In this document: one piece after another, positions 58,111-64,000 of the stretch
Layout: each line of letters opens with the position of its first letter
How positions within the stretch are numbered: position 1 is the stretch's first letter
IMG/VR virus record: IMGVR_UViG_3300012949_000001
Strand: one strand, 5' to 3'
DNA: 64,000 nt
Source of the DNA: a virus
Position numbers and translations under genes: made by a program
The notes under the pieces: model-generated
Seen by the model: only the letters and a program-made list of their open reading frames with translations
Told to the model about the DNA's origin: nothing
Database searches by the model: none

Positions 58111-59289
58111 ATGCTAATAACAGTAAACGGCATCGAGAAAGAAGTTAATGTCATAAAGAAAGGTAATGTATGGGTCTGTAGAGTAGGCGAAGCGATAGCA
58201 TACTGGAATGCGAAGTATCAGATGCCATATGTAATATGTAAAGGTAAAACACTACAAGAGATTAATGAAATGAAACCAGTCATTGTTGCTTATCTGCGTG
58301 AATATAAGAGACTGGTTACATTAGAAAAGAAACCTTCTCCCTTATCATTTGAGGGAGAAGGAATAACTGACTCTGAATATAGAGAACAGAAGTCAGAGAA
58401 GAAAGAAGAGCATTATGTGTCTGGTGTTCCTCAATGGTTGCGTGAAGTAAAGATTAAACAGCTGTGCTCAGGACCCAAAAGAACATTTTATAGAGGCATC
58501 AGAATACCACAGGAATATAAAGACATGGCTAAAAAGTATATTCCATTTTGCTGCAACTGTGTTCACAGAGTTAATTGTGACACGCCTTGTTTATTACCAG
58601 AAGTAAAATCACAAGAAACATTATTAGAAGGTATTGAAAAGGAGGAAATGAATATGTCAAAGTTTTATGGAGTAAAGGTAGGAAGAACAGTAGGAGTTTA
58701 TACAACATGGGCAGATTGTGAGGCTCAGGTAAAAGGTTTTTCAGAAGCACAATACAAAGGCTTTAACACAAGAGAAGAAGCAGAAGAATATGTAGGAATC
58801 AAGAATCAAGCAACAACATCCAGTGAGACACAATCAAACACTAACAGCAAACTTGTTACTATCTATACTGATGGTGCATGCTCAGGAAACCCTGGCCCTG
58901 GAGGTTGGGGCTGCATTCTGATGTATAAGGAGCACTACAGAGAATACTCTGGTTATGTTCCTGATACAACCAATAACCAGATGGAATTATTAGCAGCTAT
59001 TAAGGCATTAGAACAACTCAAGTTCCCTTGCACCGTGGATTTGTATAGCGACAGCAAGTATCTTGTTAACGGTATGAATCAGTGGTTGACAAACTGGAAA
59101 CGTAACAACTGGAGAACAACATTGGGAGCAGTAAAGAATAAAGAATTATGGGAAAGACTTGATGAACTTAACAGCATTCATACTATCAGATGGCATTACG
59201 TTCAAGGTCATGCGTCTAATCAGTATAACAATCGCTGCGACCAATTAGCCACTGGTGCAATAAAGAACAAAGGACCTGTTGCACAATGA
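58111..59289 (+). CDS. rnhA: Ribonuclease HI with hybrid-binding domain and ~180-aa N-terminal extension
   Basis: FYGVKVGR..GVYTTWADC..QVKGF (HBD); IYTDGACSGNPGPGGWG, TNNQMELLA, LYSDSKY, VQGH and NNRCDQLA. Confidence 0.92.
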   Translation: MLITVNGIEKEVNVIKKGNVWVCRVGEAIAYWNAKYQMPYVICKGKTLQEINEMKPVIVAYLREYKRLVTLEKKPSPLSFEGEGITDSEYREQKSEKKEEHYVSGVPQWLREVKIKQLCSGPKRTFYRGIRIPQEYKDMAKKYIPFCCNCVHRVNCDTPCLLPEVKSQETLLEGIEKEEMNMSKFYGVKVGRTVGVYTTWADCEAQVKGFSEAQYKGFNTREEAEEYVGIKNQATTSSETQSNTNSKLVTIYTDGACSGNPGPGGWGCILMYKEHYREYSGYVPDTTNNQMELLAAIKALEQLKFPCTVDLYSDSKYLVNGMNQWLTNWKRNNWRTTLGAVKNKELWERLDELNSIHTIRWHYVQGHASNQYNNRCDQLATGAIKNKGPVAQ

Positions 59290-59293
59290 TTGT

Positions 59294-59329
59294 ATATGAG
59301 AGGGCTCTAATTATAGGGCCCTCTTATAT
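59294..59329 (+). repeat. Hairpin element H6
   Basis: 16-bp stem ATATGAGAGGGCTCTA/TAGGGCCCTCTTATAT with G-T pairs. Confidence 0.75.
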
Positions 59330-59394
59330 TTTGAGAAAGGAGCGTGATGTTATGTTTCATCTGTCTTTTTAATAATGCTCGTATGTATCCACGT

Positions 59395-59760
59395 AACGGT
59401 ACGGCCCCTTCGGGGCGTAGTGAAAAAGGTTCCTTCGGAACTACAGTCATGTTTTCCCTCACACGATATGTTTGAGGTTAAAAGTTCGTCAAAAGGCGAG
59501 CGAGCCCTTCGGGCTATCCCACACACCCTTTGGATAAAAACCAACCGTGAGGGAGACGGGTGCCAGCCTGCTCCCTCACACATCTCCCTTGCATACCCAC
59601 TCATATCATAATTTTACTCTTCCTCTATTATTAACTATTCAATAATAGGGGAAGAGGAAATAAATAGTGACGAGGGTGAACAATCTATAAGTTATTTAGA
59701 TTATGCCCTCACACGCTATTAATGAAGGCTGTCTAAGTTATTGTACGGCCTTATAAAATT
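59395..59760. ncRNA. Structured non-coding region (ncRNA or origin candidate)
   Basis: Three C-TTC-G hairpins, three CCCTCACAC copies, a 9-bp and a 16-bp helix; no convincing ORF. Confidence 0.4.
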
Positions 59761-59777
59761 TAAGCAAGGAGGATATT

Positions 59778-60182
59778 ATGGCCAGCAAACGTATCGCAAT
59801 AGTTTTTAATCATCCTGTCATAGTCAGAATAGATGATGTATTCGACAGAACCAAATCAATCAAGGTATATGACAGGGCGTATGATGACACATTAGACCCC
59901 ATAGGTTACTACAGCTACCATAAGGCGATAACAGAAGTATTGAAAGAAATCGTCAATGCCAATAAGGAAGACATGATATATGGCATCTATGTTGATTTTG
60001 ACACATTGAACAGGGGGTCATATACAGAAGAAATCGCTAAGAAAGAGTTAGAATGTATACTAACAATGCGTGAGTATGAGAGATATCGTAAGCTTACGCA
60101 CTTTAACACAGCGTTTCTTAGCATTAGTTCATGTAACAATTATGAACAGTTAAAGAATATAATACAGGCCCTCACACAATAA
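59778..60182 (+). CDS. Hypothetical protein, possibly degenerate RNase H fold
   Basis: RBS AAGGAGG; YHKAITEVLKEI...IYVDFDTLNRG weakly parallels the RNase H core. Confidence 0.55.
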   Translation: MASKRIAIVFNHPVIVRIDDVFDRTKSIKVYDRAYDDTLDPIGYYSYHKAITEVLKEIVNANKEDMIYGIYVDFDTLNRGSYTEEIAKKELECILTMREYERYRKLTHFNTAFLSISSCNNYEQLKNIIQALTQ

Positions 60183-60318
60183 CTTTGAGGAAGTAACACG
60201 CATATAGAGAGCACGATGTTGCGACCTGTAAGCGTGATACTTTTATAGAAAACAAATATTTCAGGAGGCGTCCGAAGAGAATACGCGACCCCGTTCTGGG
60301 GATAGGAAAGGAGCAAAA

Positions 60319-60855
60319 ATGGCTAGAAATGTAATTATTGTTGGACGTGGAAATTCTATTAGCAGACTGATTTATGATCCCGCTACACAGAAGGCATCCG
60401 CAACAGACTACACTGGACTGGTGAACACTGAAATTAAGGGTAGCACCAGAATCAACTGCTTGAGCGTACTGGTAAGGACTCTCCAGCAGTTGTCCGAGAA
60501 GGAAGGCTTCTTGGAGGAGACAACACCGACTGTTGTATATACTGTTGGCATGGTTGCAGACACAATCAATAACGGCACATTCAAGCATTGGTTGCTTGGA
60601 GAAGGCAAGAAGCTGAACGGTGAAGCAGTAAATGAAAGCGAACTGGAGCTTTGGCAGGAGTTCTCAAGACTTTATACAGAGCTGTTCTCTCACATCATCA
60701 TCAAGAACGTTGCCGACATACGTATTCCTAAGAACCCCAGATATGCTATTTCTATGGAACAGAGAATACTCAATGATTTTGTTGAGAAGGCCTGGGATAG
60801 AATCAAGGTTACGGCTCCAGAGATCGAAGAGAGCGACGACGAAGCGTTCAACTAA
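60319..60855 (+). CDS. Probable catalytically inactive RNase H-fold protein
   Basis: STRINCLSVLVRTLQQL...VVYTVG...INNG...HWLLGEGKKLNGEAVNESELELWQEF parallels RNase HI helices but lacks the acidic triad. Confidence 0.55.
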   Translation: MARNVIIVGRGNSISRLIYDPATQKASATDYTGLVNTEIKGSTRINCLSVLVRTLQQLSEKEGFLEETTPTVVYTVGMVADTINNGTFKHWLLGEGKKLNGEAVNESELELWQEFSRLYTELFSHIIIKNVADIRIPKNPRYAISMEQRILNDFVEKAWDRIKVTAPEIEESDDEAFN

Positions 60856-60865
60856 CAGGAAAAAT

Positions 60866-60888
60866 CGTTCCCCTATACTGGGGGAACG
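60866..60888 (+). terminator. GC-rich hairpin after 60319..60855
   Basis: CGTTCCCC/GGGGAACG stem; no long T-tract. Confidence 0.45.
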
Positions 60889-60949
60889 TTGGTCGCAGAA
60901 CGGTTGAAAAGTCGATACCGTGTCGTCATGCATACGATGTTGCGAATCG
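60889..60949 (+). repeat. Structured repeat motif, copy R1
   Basis: TTGGTCGCAGAACGGTTGAAAAGTCGATACCGTGTC...TGTTGCGAATCG. Confidence 0.85.
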
Positions 60950-61305
60950 CTTTACTCATATTTCACCAGACGAAGTATGAGGACATATCAGGTCTGGCGT
61001 TGGCATCCCTAACCAGCATAGGGTGTCGCGAAAATACAAAGCTGGTAGCCGTGTTTTTCATTTGTTTGGCGGCGGAAAATCAGAATAACAAGTGCAGGGT
61101 ACCCACTCTGAAAACTGGGTAGAGAATGGGTGCGGACATTCTCCCTACGTCCCGCACGATGTAGGAATATTCGGTATATATGCAAAGGTCCCGGCCGGAG
61201 CATGGTTGCCTCTTGTTCATAGGAACAACAGGTATATATATTGTCATGAGTATATGCGTAAAAAACCTGTTCCCAAATGACATTCCGGTCTTTGAGGGCA
61301 GGTTT

Positions 61306-61373
61306 TTGGCCACAGAACGGTTGAAAAATCGAAACCGTGTCATAGTATGTCCAGGCTATGATGTTGTGGATCG
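61306..61373 (+). repeat. Structured repeat motif, copy R2
   Basis: TTGGCCACAGAACGGTTGAAAAATCGAAACCGTGTC...TGTTGTGGATCG. Confidence 0.85.
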
Positions 61374-61641
61374 TCGTCTTATAGGCTGTCGTGTCCTGAC
61401 TACCAGACTATAAGAACAGAGACTTCCTTTCTTATAACGAAGTGTCAGGTAGGAGACCCATCCTATGCTATAGACATTATAGCAGAATGGTAGAGAGTAG
61501 GATGTGGCTACTCTCCCTGCAACCACATCAAGCGGGCATGTATTTGGAATATGTATTTGGAGAAAAGCTGAAAAGCCCACGCCGCTAGGAGAAAACTCGG
61601 CCTTGGGGAAAGAGAGAAATGAGGACCGAAGGCGACGTGGG

Positions 61642-61700
61642 TTGGTCTCAGAACGGTTGAAAAGTCCATACCGTGCTAATCAGATTAGTGTTGAGAATGG
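61642..61700 (+). repeat. Structured repeat motif, copy R3
   Basis: TTGGTCTCAGAACGGTTGAAAAGTCCATACCGTGCT...TGTTGAGAATGG. Confidence 0.85.
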
Positions 61701-61726
61701 CAAATACGCACAAGGAGGCATAACAT

Positions 61727-62002
61727 ATGAACACCAGTAACACAGTAAGGCTTTCAGGGACACATGATTTTGGCCCGTTATATAAGTTTAAGCCAGACAT
61801 AGGTTTACTTATAATACTGCCGCCAAACTGTATGAGGAAAGCCTGTACTAAAGGACGTATTAAAAAGAGTATAGTAGCAAAGTTGAGAGACCTGACTCTG
61901 GAGAACATGCTTGATCTCAATGAAAAGCATGGTGTAACTTTCGAGGCAGTGAACAAGACTTTGGTACTAGAGAAATTAAGAATGGGAGGAACACTGTCAT
62001 GA
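61727..62002 (+). CDS. Hypothetical protein, 91 aa
   Basis: RBS AAGGAGG. Confidence 0.65.
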   Translation: MNTSNTVRLSGTHDFGPLYKFKPDIGLLIILPPNCMRKACTKGRIKKSIVAKLRDLTLENMLDLNEKHGVTFEAVNKTLVLEKLRMGGTLS

Positions 62003-62280
62003 AGGTAAGAGGTAAAATAGTTCTGAAAGGTTCTAAGGTTATTCTATCAGACGTCGAATTAGACTGCCAGAATATCGAACTTGAATATGAAGCAAGTTAT
62101 TCAGTCAAAGAACTGGCTGATGTGTTTGATTTATTGCCAAAGGCAGTGGATAAAGTATGTGAAGCAGGAACGAAACTCATAACAGGACAAAACAATATTG
62201 TATCATTAGAAGATATTGTGAATGAATTGATAAAGTATGAGGCGGAGACAGCTTCAACAGAAGAAGACACAGAAGAGTAA
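61999..62280 (+). CDS. Hypothetical protein, 93 aa
   Basis: RBS GGGAGG; ATGA overlap with the previous gene. Confidence 0.65.
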   Translation: MKVRGKIVLKGSKVILSDVELDCQNIELEYEASYSVKELADVFDLLPKAVDKVCEAGTKLITGQNNIVSLEDIVNELIKYEAETASTEEDTEE

Positions 62281-62298
62281 CTGATAGGAGGCATACCT

Positions 62299-62796
62299 AT
62301 GGCACCAACAAAAGAGATAGACGTATTCGTAGACGGCAGCTGTACAGGCAATGGCCAGCCTGGTGCCGAAGGAGGTTGGGCATTCTTTGCGACACTGCCT
62401 AACTCAATAGATATAATAAATGGGTCAATCCATATAGGCAAACTCAGGATAGGCAAGCAAACAAATAACAGAGCCGAACTTGAATCAGTCTATCAAGGTT
62501 TACTATGGATAGACGCACAACCGAATGATGGAACAAGATATACTATATGGAGTGATTCAGAAGTAGCTGTTAATGGTATAAATGGTTCCTCTGGAAGAAA
62601 TGCGAATAGAGACATATGGGAAGACATCGAACCACTATGTAGAAAACTCGTAAGAGAAAAGAAACTTGCAGGAGTAAATTATATTGAAGGTCATAAGAAA
62701 AACAGCACAGAGCCCCGTCACATAAATAATTGTGCATGTGATAAATTGGCTAAGCAAGGAACCAATAGTTTATTATTAGAACCATATCAACCATAA
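62299..62796 (+). CDS. Second ribonuclease H (RNase HI family)
   Basis: VFVDGSCTGNG, TNNRAELESV, IWSDSEVAVNG, IEGH and NCACDKLAK; catalytic D/E/D/D present. Confidence 0.88.
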   Translation: MAPTKEIDVFVDGSCTGNGQPGAEGGWAFFATLPNSIDIINGSIHIGKLRIGKQTNNRAELESVYQGLLWIDAQPNDGTRYTIWSDSEVAVNGINGSSGRNANRDIWEDIEPLCRKLVREKKLAGVNYIEGHKKNSTEPRHINNCACDKLAKQGTNSLLLEPYQP

Positions 62797-62812
62797 GAAA
62801 GGAGTTACGTAA

Positions 62813-63631
62813 ATGGCTAAACCTACAGTAAATAATGACACTGTAATAGTATTCGGTGGCAAGACATATAATGTTGAACAATTTGCCAACGAATTTTCAG
62901 CTGGTAATACAGATATAGCTATTCTCACAATGGAGAAATTGTTGGAGACAGGTAGAGCTCATCTGTTTAACGAAGTCAAATCAAGACAAATTAAAGCACT
63001 GGAGAAGACATTTACAGAACAGCAAATCAAAGAAGCCGCAGCAGAACATGAATATTTCGAAGAAGCAGGAAAAGACTTCAGAGCCGAAGAGAAAAGAGAA
63101 GGAAGACTCACATATGAACTTGTTGAGTTTGATTTCCCTTATATGTTGAAGGCTCAGGAGTTTGAACGTTACGTTAAAGAAGACCTCAGGATAAAAGATA
63201 CAGAAATATCTGTACGTAACGGTCAATGTGTCCTGAAGGTTTATAATGTAACTGATTCAGAAATCAATGTAATGAGTAGAGCCTATAAGGCAGATAAGAT
63301 TACCCAGACTGCCGTAGGAGCTGTAGATAACACTGTCAAGAAAGCAACAGACGCTGTTCATTATGGAGCAACTAAGATTGTAGCTCCTATAGCAAAAGCA
63401 GGAGCAAAAGCAAGTGCAAGTATTCTGAAGACAGTGTTGACCACCGCAGCAAAGACAGCAGGTGGTTTTGTATCAGCGACCACTCAGGGAATCAAGAGTG
63501 CCGCAACCGAAATCAAAAATGATCCTGATGTATTAAAAGGAACAAGAGATGTCCTTGAAGCTGGTGACGCTATCAGACGTAAAATCAAGTTTGAGCATCC
63601 TGGCGGTAAAGGCATTCGTGTTTACCAGTAG
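62813..63631 (+). CDS. Hypothetical protein, 272 aa, Ala/Thr-rich C-terminus
   Basis: RBS AAAGGAG. Confidence 0.7.
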   Translation: MAKPTVNNDTVIVFGGKTYNVEQFANEFSAGNTDIAILTMEKLLETGRAHLFNEVKSRQIKALEKTFTEQQIKEAAAEHEYFEEAGKDFRAEEKREGRLTYELVEFDFPYMLKAQEFERYVKEDLRIKDTEISVRNGQCVLKVYNVTDSEINVMSRAYKADKITQTAVGAVDNTVKKATDAVHYGATKIVAPIAKAGAKASASILKTVLTTAAKTAGGFVSATTQGIKSAATEIKNDPDVLKGTRDVLEAGDAIRRKIKFEHPGGKGIRVYQ

Positions 63632-63633
63632 GT

Positions 63634-63678
63634 TAAGAATGTGATGAGGGGGAAGATAATTCTCCCTCACACTTCTTA
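63634..63678 (+). repeat. Hairpin element H7
   Basis: TGAGGGGGAA/TTCTCCCTCA core with GATAA loop, extended by a bulged outer stem. Confidence 0.65.
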
Positions 63679-63710
63679 TATATAGTGAAGCACTGCTCGT
63701 TGTGCTCTAA

Positions 63711-63810
63711 CATCTCCTTTCAATGAAATACTGGAAGGGAAGCATGTCAGTGTTATAAGATATTTAACGCTGACATGCGGCTCTCCAGGATATTATTGAA
63801 GAAGGGGATG
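63711..63810 (+). promoter_or_regulatory. Long rod-like hairpin covering the RBS of the next gene
   Basis: Nested helices CATCTCCTT/AAGGGGATG, TTCAAT/ATTGAA, CTGGA/TCCAG and GCATGTCAGTGTTA/TAACGCTGACATGC. Confidence 0.55.
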
Positions 63811-63817
63811 AATTTAT

Positions 63818-64000
63818 ATGAGCTATTTTTCTTTTATTAGAAAACAAATTTATAATAGCTCGGAAGTTTTTATAGCTAATGGCTATGTAAACCATGAAGC
63901 TATCGAGTGCCATAATATCTTTCTAGCGATAGATTACGAGTGCCATGAAATTATTGATGGCCGTGAAATTTCTTGGAACCAGAATTATTTTACCATGTAA
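63818..64000 (+). CDS. Hypothetical protein, 60 aa
   Basis: ORF track; stop at 63998-64000. Confidence 0.5.
   Translation: MSYFSFIRKQIYNSSEVFIANGYVNHEAIECHNIFLAIDYECHEIIDGREISWNQNYFTM

Noticed and set aside
60889-61677. 36-nt repeats as a CRISPR array
   Set aside because: Spacers are 300-381 nt, there are only three copies, the repeats co-vary with downstream sequence, and no cas gene is in the window.
60889-61740. Track ORFs of 62-87 aa inside the repeat region
   Set aside because: No SD sequences, overlapping frames with none dominant, and the sequence is better explained by RNA structure.
58111-62796. Retron, DGR or group II intron explanation for RNase H plus ncRNA
   Set aside because: No reverse transcriptase (YxDD-type) ORF was seen in the window; one elsewhere in the genome cannot be excluded.
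1-64000. Stop-codon reassignment
   Set aside because: Long genes are intact under code 11, and TAA, TAG and TGA all end genes that are followed by new RBSs.

Overview
Part of a large, AT-rich myovirus genome, very likely infecting a spore-forming Firmicute/Clostridia host (AGGAGG RBSs, SleB-like, DivIVA-like and RCC1-repeat genes). Bases 1-47567 are a minus-strand virion and packaging module: terminase, GroES, portal, protease/scaffold, capsid, neck, sheath, three tube paralogues, a tape-measure-like protein, holin and fibres. It ends in a giant ORF (7168 to beyond base 1, at least 2389 aa) that the ORF track misses because it has no stop in the window. My translation of that ORF shows an N-terminal DEDDh exonuclease and a C-terminal two-barrel RNA polymerase active site (GRFP...NLDFDGD), so it is a probable virion RNAP. 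Bases 47904-64000 are a plus-strand, probably early, region. It holds a second, unrelated polymerase of the eukaryotic-RdRP/YonO type, split into two genes with a variant DFDTD motif. It also holds up to four RNase H-fold genes, a family of GAGGG/CCCTC intergenic hairpins, and about 1.7 kb of structured non-coding DNA. That non-coding DNA includes three copies of an RNA motif whose helix P1 shows compensatory base changes. All calls come from manual motif reading; no database searches were run.
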